From positions 1,234,070-1,298,069 of the forward strand of contig CBDAOY010000008.1 in the NCBI GenBank assembly GCA_965198225.1: a stretch of 64,000 nucleotides of DNA, read 5' to 3'. A program made the translations under genes and the position numbers. Numbering within the stretch: position 1 is the first letter of the stretch; each line of letters starts with the position of its first letter. Below, in pieces: positions 49,036 through 60,300 of the stretch. Source of the stretch: Terriglobia bacterium. GTDB lineage: Bacteria > Acidobacteriota > Terriglobia > 20CM-2-55-15. Below the pieces are notes generated by a model, which had not been told where the DNA came from, searched no databases, and was given only the letters and a program-made list of their open reading frames with translations.

Positions 49036-51132
49036 TCACTCGTGATGCAGGGTCTGGATCGGGTCGACCCGCATCGCGCGGTACGCCGGCACGAGGCTGG
49101 CGCCGAGCGCCGACAGAGCCAGAACCATCGGAACGATCAGGAAGGTCAACCCGTCTGTGGCGCTGACCTCGTACAGCAGCGACGACATTATCCGGCCGAG
49201 TACCACAGCCAGGCTCACCCCGATCCCGACACCCAGCGCGGTCAACCGCCCGCCCTGCGCGACGACCATACGCAGGATGGCCCCACGCCTGGCCCCAAGG
49301 GCCATACGAACTCCGATTTCGTGACTCCTCTGGCTGACGCTGTAGGCCATCAAGCTGTAGATGCCGGACGCCGCCAGTATCAGCGCGAGAAAGGACAGAA
49401 CACCCAACAGAAATGTCGAAAAGCGGTCGCCGGCCACCGAAGACGCAACGAGGGCATCCATCGTCGTCACGCTATGGACGGGCTGTGTCGGGTCCATCTC
49501 CAGTATCACTTCCCTCACCGCGGGTATGAGCGGCGCCGTGTCGGTGGACGTCCGCAACACCACGTTCATCGTCACGTACGGCACCTGGGCGTGCGGCATG
49601 AAGATCTCCGGACGCGGGTCGATCTTCATACCGGCGCTGCGCATGTCTCCCGCCACACCCACGATTTCGTACGGGTAGGTCCCGCGCCGGCTGTAGTCGA
49701 TCATCAGGTAGTTCCCGACCGCATCCTCACGAGGCCACAGTGAGCGGGCCAACGCGCGGTTCACGATGACGACGGGTGTAGCGTCGATCGAGTCCCGCCC
49801 GTCGAAATGCCGACCCGAAATGAGGTCGACCCCCATCGTGCGGAAGAAGCCTTCGGTCACCATCGTGATGTCGGCTTCGGCCGCATTCTCGGCGAGTGTC
49901 GGTGTGCCTTCGCGCCAGTACGGACGGGTTGGTGTGTTGTTGAAGGCGTTGAGCGGCAGACCCGTGGCCGCCCCGACCGAGGTTACACCCGGCAGTGCGG
50001 CCAATCTCTCCCGCAGTGCGTCGAAGTAGCCCAATCGCGCTTCCGGACTCCCATACTTGTCAGGATCCGGAAAGGTTCGCATCACGAGGACGTTTCCCGG
50101 GTCATAGCCGGGATCGATCTCCAGTATTTGGATGAGACTCTGCATCAGGAGCCCGGCGCCAACCAGAAGAACCAGGGCCGCAGAGATCTCGGCAACGACC
50201 AGGGCGTCGCGGAATCGCCGGCGGGCACCACCCTCGCCCGAGCCTCCGGCTCCTCCCTTCAGGACCCTGCTCAGGTCGACTCGAATCGAATGCATCGCGG
50301 GCAGCGAGCCGAAGATGATCCCGCTCACTGCGGTCAACACCGCCGCGAACAGCAACACTCTGCCGTCGAGGACGATTTCATCGAAGCGTGGAAGTCCGGC
50401 CGGGGCGAGACCGATCAACAGTCGAAGGCCCAGAAACGCCGCACCTACCTCGACGATTCCACCGAAGCCGGACAAGAGGACGCTCTCGGTCAGTAGCTGG
50501 CGTAGTAGCCGGACCCGGGAGGCGCCAATCGCGGAACGCAATGCCATCTCCCGCCCTCGATCGGAGGTCCGAGCCATCAACAGGTTTGCGATGTTGGTGC
50601 AGGCAATCATCAGGACAAACCCGACCGCACCAAACAACAGGATCAGTGCGGGTCGGATGTCACCCACCATCTCCTCCTGGAACGGCACGATCCGCTGTCG
50701 CCATCCCGCGTTGAACGTCGGGTGGGCGTCGTCGAGGGACTGCGCCACGCGATCCATGTCCTCCTGTGCCTGCTCGAGGGCGACTCCGGGCTTGAGACGC
50801 CCGACGACTCGTAGGAATCGATAGTCCCTGGGCACCTCGGGCAGATGTGCGTAGCTGACCCGGAGACCCCATGGTAGCCACAGGCCGACTTCGCGATCCG
50901 GGATCGCGAAGTCTTCCGGCATCACTCCGAGGATCTCGTGGGGAACCTCGTCGATCAGGATCTTCGATCCAACGACCTCCGCGCTCCCGCCGAAGCGGCT
51001 CAGCCAGTAGCCATAGCCCAGAACGACGACGGGAGCCTCACGCGCCACTTCGTCGGCGGCGAAGGTTCGACCAATCAGAGGATCGCCCGCAAACACCGAG
51101 AAAAAGTCGGTTGTCACCTGGGTAGCGGACAC
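49036..51132 (-). pseudogene. ADOP-family permease, 5'-truncated
   Basis: Begins mid-domain (VTTDFFSV); lacks the N-terminal TM and IGANTAIF motif; rest is intact. Confidence 0.85.
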
Positions 51133-51134
51133 TT

Positions 51135-51225
51135 TCTCCGATATATGTTATTGTTAACTTATTGATTATAAACATAATAATCACATATTAAATGGATTTG
51201 ATCCCCCGAATAGTCCCCCACAATG
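51135..51225. mobile_element. att-like end of an integrative element (IHF site and arm-type repeats)
   Basis: Abrupt AT-rich stretch; minus-strand AATCAATAAGTTA matches WATCAANNNNTTR; TCCCCC-GAATAG-TCCCCCA repeats. Confidence 0.6.
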
Positions 51226-51269
51226 TTTGGTCGACCAAACCCTCAAAGACCCGGTGACGACTCATCTTT

Positions 51270-51757
51270 GAGTTATTGTCAAAAGTGGTGTTTTGCCGAT
51301 TGACTCAAACGGCGGCCTGATCGACGTGGGTCACTTCGATTCCATCGTTGAATTTCACTCCAGTAATCACCTTGGGCAGATCATCGAATCCTCGTAATCG
51401 TCGCCAGTTCTTCTGAGCGCACTGTCCCAGTTTGAACATCATGTGCAGCATGCCAACCCGCGTCAGGCAACCCCTGGATCGCTTGGTTCGGTGGCGAATG
51501 GTAACAAAGGTCGACTCAATGGGATGGGTCGTTGGGATGCTCTGCCAGTGCTTGGCCGGGCAGTCGAAGAAGGCCAGCAGTTCTTCTTTGTCTTTCTGGA
51601 GGCAGCGAGTGGCTTTCGGATACTTCGGCTCATAGGTTTCAATGAACCGATCGAATGCCTTCTCGGCGTCTGCCTGTGTCTTAGCCCGCCAGATCGCGTG
51701 CAAAGCCTGTTTCGCCTTCGCCTGGACCGACTTCGGGAGCCCGTTCAGTACGTTCAT
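51270..51757 (-). pseudogene. IS256-family transposase C-terminal fragment with right end
   Basis: YPKA..CL.KD.EELLAFF..P..HW..TT.PIES; terminal ..TTTGACAATAACTC. Confidence 0.85.
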
Positions 51758-51792
51758 GGTCTGCAGAGTAGGGCGCTGGCGCGGTTAACGAA

Positions 51793-52070
51793 GTGGTGTC
51801 CCAGGTAGTGGTGTATGAAGAGGCGCCGGGGAGGAGTGTGAGGGCGTAGCCCGAACGATCCTCCCCGGCGCGGCCGCCGAAATCAGGTGGCCACTGTGGT
51901 TCTCGGTTAAGGTTGTGGTGACGAAACCAATGACCTAAAACCAAGGAGAATCACAGTGACCAAATCCAGCATCTCACTAACCGAACTCGCAGAAAAGGGC
52001 TCTGACGTCGATGTCTTGAGTCAGATGATCCAGTACGTGGCCCAGCGACTGATGGACCTCGATGTGGAGG
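51793..52070 (+). pseudogene. Second IS256-family element: left end and N-terminal fragment, cut by IS21
   Basis: GTGTCCC..GTGGTGTA end; LAEKGSDVDVL..MIQYVAQRLMDLDVE. Confidence 0.7.
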
Positions 52071-52700
52071 TGTTAGCGGCAACTGTAAATTTCCCATTTA
52101 TGGCAATCGAAAACTGCACACTTTCCGGATTTTTGGAAAGCGTGAGCGAGGCTCCAATCTGTGAGGGAGACCGACAGATAAGGAGTGAGTGCCGATGCAC
52201 GAATGGGGGACGAGGATGTTGCTGAAGGAGTGTCTGGAGCGAGGGGTGTCGAAGACGGAGTCGTCACGGCGGTTCGGGGTGAGTCGGCGGACGATGCACG
52301 AGTGGATCGAGACGGGTCAGTTGGACCGGGATCTATCGGCTGGGGAGACGCGGTATTCTCCGCGGGCGGCGGTGAGGCACAAGCTGGATCCGTATACGGG
52401 GATCATCCGGGAGCGGTTGGAGGAGTTTCCACGATTGTCGGCGCAACGGCTGTTGGAGGAGGTACAGGCGGCGGGTTACGGGGGAGGCTACAGCCGGGTG
52501 CGGGACTACGTGCGCGCGGTGCGGCCGCGGGAGCCGGGGGAGGCGGTGGTGCGGTTCGAGACGCCGCCGGGGCGACAGGGGCAGGTGGACTTCGGGACGT
52601 TTCGGCTGCCCTGGGGCCGTCGTCATGCGTTGTTGGTGGTTCTGAGCTACTCGCGGCTGCTGTGGCTGCGGTTCTTTCCTCGACAGACGATGGCGGTGTT
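52071..52700 (+). pseudogene. istA: IS21-family left end and truncated istA
   Basis: TGTTAGCGGCAACTG end; HTH, KLDPY, GYGGGYS.V, RFETPPG.QGQVDFG, LSYSR. Confidence 0.85.
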
Positions 52701-52789
52701 CCATCACCGCTCCGATTGCTACCGGCTGGAGCGACAGTTGCCGGGTGGGTTTCGCACCCACTGGAAATCGGCGCCTTTTCACGGCGCAC
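52700..52789 (-). mobile_element. Group II intron 5' end (domain I fragment)
   Basis: Minus strand GTGCGCCGTGAAAAGGCG..CCAGTGGGTGCGAAACCCACCCGGCAACTGTCGCTCCAGCCGGTAGCAATCGGAGC. Confidence 0.65.
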
Positions 52790-52805
52790 TGAAACATGCG
52801 GGCTG

Positions 52806-53345
52806 CTAAGGCACATCCGGTCTGGGGTCGCCAATGAAGGCGTCCCGATTCGGCATCGTGACTTCCGGCAAGGTTGTCCGGTCCATCACTGCGTCAGCGG
52901 GAATGATGTTGTTCTTCCAAAGGAGCCAGGCTGAAACGGCATAGACGTCTTCGTTACTCAAAGATCCGGGCGCATCGAATGGCATCGTTCTCCGCACGTA
53001 GTCGAACACTGTCGTCGCATACGGCCAATAGCTCCCGATAGTCTTTGTGGGCTTTTGCCCTCCAACCAGTCGGTCATATGGGCCCTCAACACCTTCGGCG
53101 CCGTGACAGTCCCCACATTGCTCGCCGTACACCCTGGCCCCGTCGTCGACCGTACCGCTGCCGGGTGGAAGTCCCTCCCCGTCGGGAGCGACAGAGATGT
53201 CGATTGCGGCGATTTCGGCATCCGTCGGTCGACTTCCAATCCCGAGCGGCCCCTGCGGTGCCGCAGGATAAGCCAAACCCACCGCAGTGACGAGGCATAG
53301 ACCGACACCGCCCATGAGACGAACTCCGCGCGCGCGTTTAGGCAT
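52806..53345 (-). CDS. soxD: Monoheme cytochrome c, SoxD-like
   Basis: PDGEGLPPGSG, CGDCH, TIGSYWPYATT.FDY..R.MP, MPNR. Confidence 0.85.
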   Translation of the reverse strand: MPKRARGVRLMGGVGLCLVTAVGLAYPAAPQGPLGIGSRPTDAEIAAIDISVAPDGEGLPPGSGTVDDGARVYGEQCGDCHGAEGVEGPYDRLVGGQKPTKTIGSYWPYATTVFDYVRRTMPFDAPGSLSNEDVYAVSAWLLWKNNIIPADAVMDRTTLPEVTMPNRDAFIGDPRPDVP

Positions 53346-54678
53346 GAACGTTGTGGATACTCCCATCGGCCCCAACTCTCCAGCTTTGTATGGCGTTGTA
53401 GTGATAGAAGGAGCCGAACGTGCCGTTCAGGCCGCGAACGTCGACCAGGGCTGCCCGCGTCGGCTGGACGTAGCCGGTTTCGTCGGTGCATCGGCTCTGG
53501 AGAACAGCCTCGCGACCGTCCCATGCCCACGGAAAACGAAAGATCGTCAACGACTTCGACATCACCGGCTCCTGGAGCCTGGCCTCCTGCCAGGTTGCGC
53601 CGGCATCCGTGCTCACCTCCACCCGTGTGACCTTTCCGCGGCCGCTCCAGGCCAATCCGCGGATTTCGACGAAACCGGCTCCCTGCACCGGGAATTGAGC
53701 GGACGGGTAGTTGATCACGGACTTCGCTTCCATCACGAACGTGAACTGGCGCGCCACGCCGTCAGCCATCAGGTCCGTGTACTTGGCGGTCTCCTCGCGG
53801 GTTTGGTACGGCTGGTCGGTGACCTTGAGGACGCGCAACCACTTTACGTTGGAACTGCCCTCCCAGCCGGGCAGTACTAACCGCATGGGGTAGCCTTGGG
53901 CCGGTCGCACTGCTTCGCCATTCTGGCCATAGGCAATCATCGCGTCATCGTTCGCCTTGTCCAGGGTGATGCTCCGATTCATTCGGGCGCCGTCAGCCCC
54001 TTCCGCGACAATCCATCTTGCTTCGCTTCGGACTCCCGCTTCGCGCAACAGGGTCGACAGCAGCACCCCTGTCCATTCCGTCCCGCTGATCAGCCCGTGG
54101 GTTTGCTGGACATCGGCCAGTGTCGGCTCCACCCATTCGGTCAGGGTGTTTCCCGAGCACTCCGTGAAGCAGATGCGCGAAACTGCCGGTAAACGCATCA
54201 GGTCCCGCACCGACAGTTTGAGGGGACGCTCGACCATGCCAAAGAGGAACAGCTCATGATTGGCAGGATCGATATCGGGAACGCCTGCATGGTGCCGTTC
54301 GAAGTGCAACGAGGATGGGGTGATGATGCCGCGCTGGTCATGCAAAGGAGACATGGTCCATGAGGATTCGTCGGTGGGGGTCTGGTATTGCCAGCGCTGG
54401 ATTCCAGCTTCGTAGCGGGATCGTTCACCATAACCCGATACGGGGCGACCCAATTGCTTGGTGGGGTCGGGTTGGCCTCCCTGCTGGGGAAGCGCTTCCG
54501 ACAGGGAAGGCTCGGGCCTCAAACCGTTCACTGCCAACCCACCCACTAGGCCTGCCACCCCCTTGAGGGCGCCCCGACGTGTCATCCCCGGCGTTGAGGT
54601 TTCATCCCCGAAGACGCGTGTCGTCCCCTTCGGGCTTCTCACGATTTCACGCTCATTCTCTTTCAAATTCATATCCAT
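53338..54678 (-). CDS. soxC: Sulfite dehydrogenase molybdopterin subunit, SoxC-like (Tat-exported)
   Basis: TRRGALKG; LHFERHHAG, ECSGN, WTGV, QGYPMRL..PGWEG..NVKWL, GLAWSG; start may be 54585. Confidence 0.9.
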   Translation of the reverse strand: MDMNLKENEREIVRSPKGTTRVFGDETSTPGMTRRGALKGVAGLVGGLAVNGLRPEPSLSEALPQQGGQPDPTKQLGRPVSGYGERSRYEAGIQRWQYQTPTDESSWTMSPLHDQRGIITPSSLHFERHHAGVPDIDPANHELFLFGMVERPLKLSVRDLMRLPAVSRICFTECSGNTLTEWVEPTLADVQQTHGLISGTEWTGVLLSTLLREAGVRSEARWIVAEGADGARMNRSITLDKANDDAMIAYGQNGEAVRPAQGYPMRLVLPGWEGSSNVKWLRVLKVTDQPYQTREETAKYTDLMADGVARQFTFVMEAKSVINYPSAQFPVQGAGFVEIRGLAWSGRGKVTRVEVSTDAGATWQEARLQEPVMSKSLTIFRFPWAWDGREAVLQSRCTDETGYVQPTRAALVDVRGLNGTFGSFYHYNAIQSWRVGADGSIHNVHA

Positions 54679-54778
54679 AGGTTTGAGGATCGGGCTAAGC
54701 CGTCGTCCATGGATCCCGGGCGGAGGACACCGTAACGGCGCACCTGCGCCCGGGGACTCTACGGATTTCAGGCGTGAG

Positions 54779-56200
54779 TCACCGCTGCTCAATGGAGCTT
54801 GGTTTCTTCCAAACCCCCACATTCTGCTCCATGCTGATTTCGGTCCCAAATGGTGCGGAAAGTTGGGCGAGGCGATCGATGATTCTCTTTGCAGTCACTT
54901 CATCGGCCATTCGCGGCGTGCCCCGGCGGGAACGCCCCATTTTTTGTCCGAGGTCGATCGGGTAGAAGCGTATCTCTTCTAACTGATCCTCCCTGTAGCG
55001 GGCCACGGGAATGACACTTTCCCACTGAGCGGGGTCGACGGGGGAGCCGACGGTATCATTCTCATACCAGGCGGTGTAAAGATCGGCAGTCGTCGCCCCC
55101 GGGCCTAAACCATGCGCTTCGTACATATCCTGGGGCCTGGGTTCGATGGTGCCATCACCGTGGAATATGAAGTTTCCGAGGCCGTAATAAATCACCTTGC
55201 CTTTGTAAACCTCCACGCCACGCAGATAGTGGGGTCCATGCCCGATGAAAACATCGGCTCCAGCGTCAATGGCCGCATGTGCAAAGACCGGCAGAAAATC
55301 AGGAGGCTCTTCGCGGGTTCCGCCCCTCTGGCTCGCGTGAATATTCACCACGACATAATCAGCCTGTCGCTTCGCGCTTCGCACCCATCTGAGGATGTGT
55401 TCCAGGTCCAGCTTGTTCATCTCGTATGTGGGTGTGCCTGGGTTTGGTCCAACCTTGAACAGAGCGCCGAAGAAATCCAGAATCTCGCCGGACCTGTCCG
55501 GCGTCGGCATCTGGAACGGGTCGGTCGAAAGCTGCAGCTGCCTGTGCATTTCTGAGAGCTGGCGGAAGGTGGCCTCGCTTACCTGTATCGCCGTGGTCGT
55601 CCTGAGCGCCGACAAGCCAGGACGCCCCCGAATTTCCCGTCGCGCATTGGACGCCCGCGCACTCGGAATAAACGATGATGCGCAGCCGATCAGCGCGAAA
55701 CGTCCCCGCGGCGTATCAAAATAGGCCGGTGCCCGGGCTTCCTCCAGGGTCATGCCCGAGCCGGCATGCACCAAACCGTCGCGGTTCAACAACCGGTTCG
55801 TTTCAACCATGCCCTGGATCCCATAGTCGATGGTGTGATTGTTGGCCCGGTTAAAGAGATCAATCCCGATATCGCGCAAGTCTTCGATTACAAAAGGGGG
55901 GCCCACTAGATTCGCGCCATGCTCCCGGGGGAACCCGCTAAATTCCCTCAGATCGAAAACGGACATCTCCAGGTTCGTAAAAGCGGCGTCGGCCTTTTTC
56001 AGGACTTCGACTACCTCGTCAAACGATGGATCGCCCGGGAGGTTGACGCGCCTGGCGACGATCGCATCACCGCTGGCTGCCAATGTCCATTCATTCGCTG
56101 TTTCTGCGGAGGCAGGCGTCTGGGTCATCCCTGGCGCGGCCCCCATTCCAAGCACAGCAACAGAGAGCAAAATCAAAAACAGGGTTGATTTAGCGTTCAT
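54779..56200 (-). CDS. Exported CapA/PGA_cap family metallophosphatase-fold protein
   Basis: GD, NLE, ANNH..DYG, VNIH, IDAGAD..IGHGPH, YGLGNF. Confidence 0.88.
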   Translation of the reverse strand: MNAKSTLFLILLSVAVLGMGAAPGMTQTPASAETANEWTLAASGDAIVARRVNLPGDPSFDEVVEVLKKADAAFTNLEMSVFDLREFSGFPREHGANLVGPPFVIEDLRDIGIDLFNRANNHTIDYGIQGMVETNRLLNRDGLVHAGSGMTLEEARAPAYFDTPRGRFALIGCASSFIPSARASNARREIRGRPGLSALRTTTAIQVSEATFRQLSEMHRQLQLSTDPFQMPTPDRSGEILDFFGALFKVGPNPGTPTYEMNKLDLEHILRWVRSAKRQADYVVVNIHASQRGGTREEPPDFLPVFAHAAIDAGADVFIGHGPHYLRGVEVYKGKVIYYGLGNFIFHGDGTIEPRPQDMYEAHGLGPGATTADLYTAWYENDTVGSPVDPAQWESVIPVARYREDQLEEIRFYPIDLGQKMGRSRRGTPRMADEVTAKRIIDRLAQLSAPFGTEISMEQNVGVWKKPSSIEQR

Positions 56201-57132
56201 GGCATTGGCTCCTTTTTCGACGCGGCGGCGAGCACTCTCTTGATTGCCTCGACGGTTTTGTCCGCGCGGAAATCTGCGATCTTCTTACCGAACTCGATCG
56301 TCTTCTCCTTCGGCACCAAGCTCACGCCGTTGATCGTTGCTCGTCCTGCCTTGACGCGTGCGTCAAAGTTCACCAGCTTCGGATCATAGGCCATCAACAG
56401 CGCGGTGGCGCTGTACTCGTCGTGGATGCCGTCGGAGCGCAACTTTTCGGGAATCCCGCTGTCGGTGATGAACTTCCGAACCGAGTCCCAGTCGTAATAC
56501 TCTCGAATGTGGTAGACGCCAGGGTTACCCTTCCACTTCTCGGCCAGCTCCCGGGAGACTGCAGCCAGACCGGCAGTGTTGCTGCCGCTGTCACCCATCA
56601 TGAAGATGTTCTCGAATCCCTGGCTCTTCAGGCTTCTCGCCATGTCCCGCAGAATCGAGCGGAACGTTTCTTCAGTGATGTAGGTGCTTCCCCACGACAG
56701 GAACTTGTCGTCCGGATTGCCGGACTCCAGAGTGATGATCGGCGCAATCAGCGCGTTACCGAGTTTTCTGGCGATGACTTCACCCGTCATGCGGACCTGA
56801 TACTGGTGCTTGCCGAGAGCAAGATACGGACCGTTCTCTTCCATACCGGCGGCGAAGATCAAAGCAACGGTCTTTCCGGCCTTCATCCCGTCACGAACTC
56901 CCAGATAGGTCAATTCCTCCATCCAGACAGTGTCCCGGACGGGAATCGGGTTCGGCGTCGCGAGGTCTTCCTCGTAACGTTGTCTGGCCTGAGCTTCGCG
57001 TTGTTCAGTCAGGCCGGTCTGAGCGCCGCCAGCCTGTCCACCATTTGCCTGCAGTGCGGCCTGCCCGGCCACGATCAGTGCCGTCGCCAAGGCCAATGTT
57101 ACAGACAAGGCTATAAACCGACTGATCGTCAT
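56197..57132 (-). CDS. Exported creatininase-family protein with divergent active site
   Basis: MEELT, EENGPYLALG, SLKSQGF..I..GDSGSN, GIHD; signal peptide. Confidence 0.78.
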   Translation of the reverse strand: MTISRFIALSVTLALATALIVAGQAALQANGGQAGGAQTGLTEQREAQARQRYEEDLATPNPIPVRDTVWMEELTYLGVRDGMKAGKTVALIFAAGMEENGPYLALGKHQYQVRMTGEVIARKLGNALIAPIITLESGNPDDKFLSWGSTYITEETFRSILRDMARSLKSQGFENIFMMGDSGSNTAGLAAVSRELAEKWKGNPGVYHIREYYDWDSVRKFITDSGIPEKLRSDGIHDEYSATALLMAYDPKLVNFDARVKAGRATINGVSLVPKEKTIEFGKKIADFRADKTVEAIKRVLAAASKKEPMP

Positions 57133-57185
57133 ACTCTCTCCTGACTCCTTAGTGTGTATGGATAGGAACTCGGCGATGGATCCTA

Positions 57186-57225
57186 GACTGAAAGACCATC
57201 GCCTAAAGGCGATGGTCTTTCAGTC
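57186..57225. repeat. 19-bp perfect hairpin
   Basis: GACTGAAAGACCATCGCCT-AA-AGGCGATGGTCTTTCAGTC. Confidence 0.8.
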
Positions 57226-57321
57226 AGATGTCTGTAGGTCAGCCCGGAGGCGGTGCTCTCTCGTTTCTTGAGCACCGCCCCCGAGATATCTAGTCGATCT
57301 GGTTCGTGACGTGAAGCATCG

Positions 57322-60300
57322 TTAGAAATTGATCCTCAGCGAAACCTGGATCTGCCGGCTGGCCCGTGCGGTAGATATGGTTCCGAAATTGCTGGAATTG
57401 GCAAACCGATTGGGCAAGAAGAACTGAGGGTGATTCGCGATGTTGAATATCTCGGTCCGAAACTCTACGAAATTGGGGATATCCCCAAGCGGAAAACTTT
57501 TGGCCATGGCGAAATCGAGGTTGTTGACGCCCGGCCCCCGCAAGATATTCCTGCCGGCATTTCCAAATGTGCCCCGCGGCGGGACTTGGAAGGCCGCTTC
57601 ATTGACCCACCGGTTCGGATCGGGATTATCGAGCTTCCATTCTCCGATCAGGTGAGGCCGGTCGGCACGGTTTCCGGTCAAACTGTTGTCCCCCAGCAGC
57701 TCGGGTGTATACGGCTGCCCGTTGGAGTACGCGAAAATCCCGTTGACCTGCCACCCCGTGATCAGCGCCCGAGGAATCCCGGTCAGGTTCCGGCCACCAG
57801 GGATCTCCCACAAGAATGCGGCGGTTAGAACCTGCGTGCGATCGAACACGGATGGCCCACGTTGGTCCTTCAAGTTGTAATTGTTCTGCGGTCGCCCGGC
57901 GCCAGAAACGCGACTCTGAGCGGAGTCGTCGTCGATCGATTTCGAATACGTGTAGGCGCCAAGGACCGAGAATCCACGGGACAACCGCCGATCGAAACGA
58001 AGTTGCATGGAATGGTAGGTGGAGCTCGCGCTGTCCTCGAGTATTCCGATGGCCGAAAAGTTCGGATAGGGACGCCTGCTTTTAATGGAGCCCGGCCCCA
58101 GGACCGCCGCGTTGATGTCTCGGTTCGACCGCTGCAGCTTGTTGCCCTTGGTGCCCGCGTATGTCAGTTCGACCACGGTGGTGTCGTCCAACTGGCGCGA
58201 TACGCTCAGGTTCTGCTGGGTCATGTAGCCGGTACGCATGTTCAAATGAGCGCTGTCGGTAGAAATGCCCAACCTGAACAATTCCTCCGGGAAAGGATTG
58301 TCCAGGGTGAGGTTGGGATTGTCCGGATCCGCATTTATGGTGTTGTTGCGTATGAACGGAAACGCCCGGTACGCGTTGCGCCAGGACGAGCCTCCATAGA
58401 GAGTCATGTAGAAGACCCCGCCTCCGCCGCGAATCACAGTTCTTCCATCCCCCGCAACGTCGTAGGCAAAGCCAAACCGGGGACCGAAATTGTTCTTGTC
58501 ATCATGCCAGCCGGCGCGCGGAATGTTTCCGGGTTTGATCGCGATTCCGGGGTACTGCTCGAGGACGGGAACGACGGAGGGATCAATCGGGCCCTCGCCC
58601 ACCAGGTTGACCAGGCCGGTGCTCTCGTCAAAGTACACCTTCCGATCACGTTGATGGTACATGGGGGTCTGGTATTCGTAGCGTACGCCAAGATTCAACG
58701 TCAGCCTGTCGCTCACTCTAAAGTCGTCCTGAAAATACCCACTGAAGTGCCACGACCTTGCATACCCATTGGTCCATCCGGAACTCGTGAGAGTCTGGCT
58801 GGGAAAACCCAGCAGCAAGTCCGCAACGGAGTTGCCCGTGTAACGATTGTCAAATGTGTAGCTGCCATTCGCCGTTGAAGGACTGTGAAAGTGGTTATGG
58901 GCCCTGCGCGCCTCAAACCCCATCTTCAACTGGTGCGCGCCTTTGGTCCAGGAGAGGTTATCGAGATAGTCGTAATGGTTATCGTAGCGGAGCTGGGTGC
59001 CGCCACGTGGGATCCCAGTGAACCCGGACACACGGACGACGGGAAACTGGAGCCATTCCTTCTTCAGGTCCGGGTCATCAAACACGCGGGTGCCGGGCAG
59101 CGCCAGCGCCTGGATTGCGGGGTGGTCCTGTGCCTGGAATTCCTGTTTGTAGTGGAGGCGCGCGAACCCGACGCGTAATTCATTGACCACGTTCGGAGTA
59201 AAAATGTGCGTCTGACTGATGACCACACTCTGGGACAGGGTCAGCGCATCGACGCCATATCCGGCGATCGAATTCCCATTACGCGTATAGGGCTCTAACT
59301 TCGGCCGGTTCGAGAGGGAGTAGCGCACCATAATCGAGTCATTCTCGTTAAACGTATGGTCGAAGCGCGTGGCGATGTTGTCCTGATCCTGCGTGAAAGT
59401 GGACAGTGAGATCAGGTTGTTGGTTTGCCCGGGTGCGTTCGGCTGCGGATACAGATCCAACATGCCTTTGCCGATCGGATGGATCCGATCCTGCGGGATG
59501 ATGTTGCCGGGAAACGGTTCTCCGGTCAGGGGATCGATGATCGGCGTCCCCAGGGACGAAAAGTCGCCGTTGCGCAAGGCCGTGGGAGGCACTCGGGCTC
59601 TCTTGAAGTCAGGCCTGCGGACGATGGTCCCTTCGTAGGACACAAAGAAGAACGTTTTGTTCCTGGCGATCGGTCCACCCAAAGTGGCCCCGAATTGATT
59701 CCTCTTGAAGGACGGTTTGTCCCGATCGGCAGGGTCGAAGAAGTTCCTGGCGTCCATGGCGGAGTTCCGCAAATACTCATAAACCGTCCCGTGGAAGGCA
59801 TTGGAACCCGACTTGGTCGAGACGTTGACAAGTCCGCCGACCGCTCGTCCGTACTCGGCGCTGGTAGTGCTCGTCTGGACTTTGAATTCTTGAATCGAGT
59901 CGGGGCTGGGCGAGATGATGATCGAAGCGGGACCGGCATCGTTATTGTCGATTCCGTCGAGCATGAAGTTGTTGACCTGTTCCCGTGCTCCGTTGACGTT
60001 GATTGTACCGCCTCGGGTTGCGAAATTACTGCCTTCCGAGTGCGGCACGACTCCGGGGGTGAGCGAAGCCAGATCCAGGAAATTTCGCCCGTTGAGCGGA
60101 AGCTGGGCCACCCTCTGCGAGTCGATCACCTGACCCAGCGCGGCGTTGTCGGATTGAACCAGCGGCGCGTCCGCGGTGACCTCAACCGTTTCGGTGACCA
60201 CGCCGACCTCAAGTTGTATTTCCACTCGTGCGGTGCGATCCACTTCCACCCGGACTCCACGGCGGAGTTCGGTCCGGAAGCCCGGCAACAACGCCTGCAC

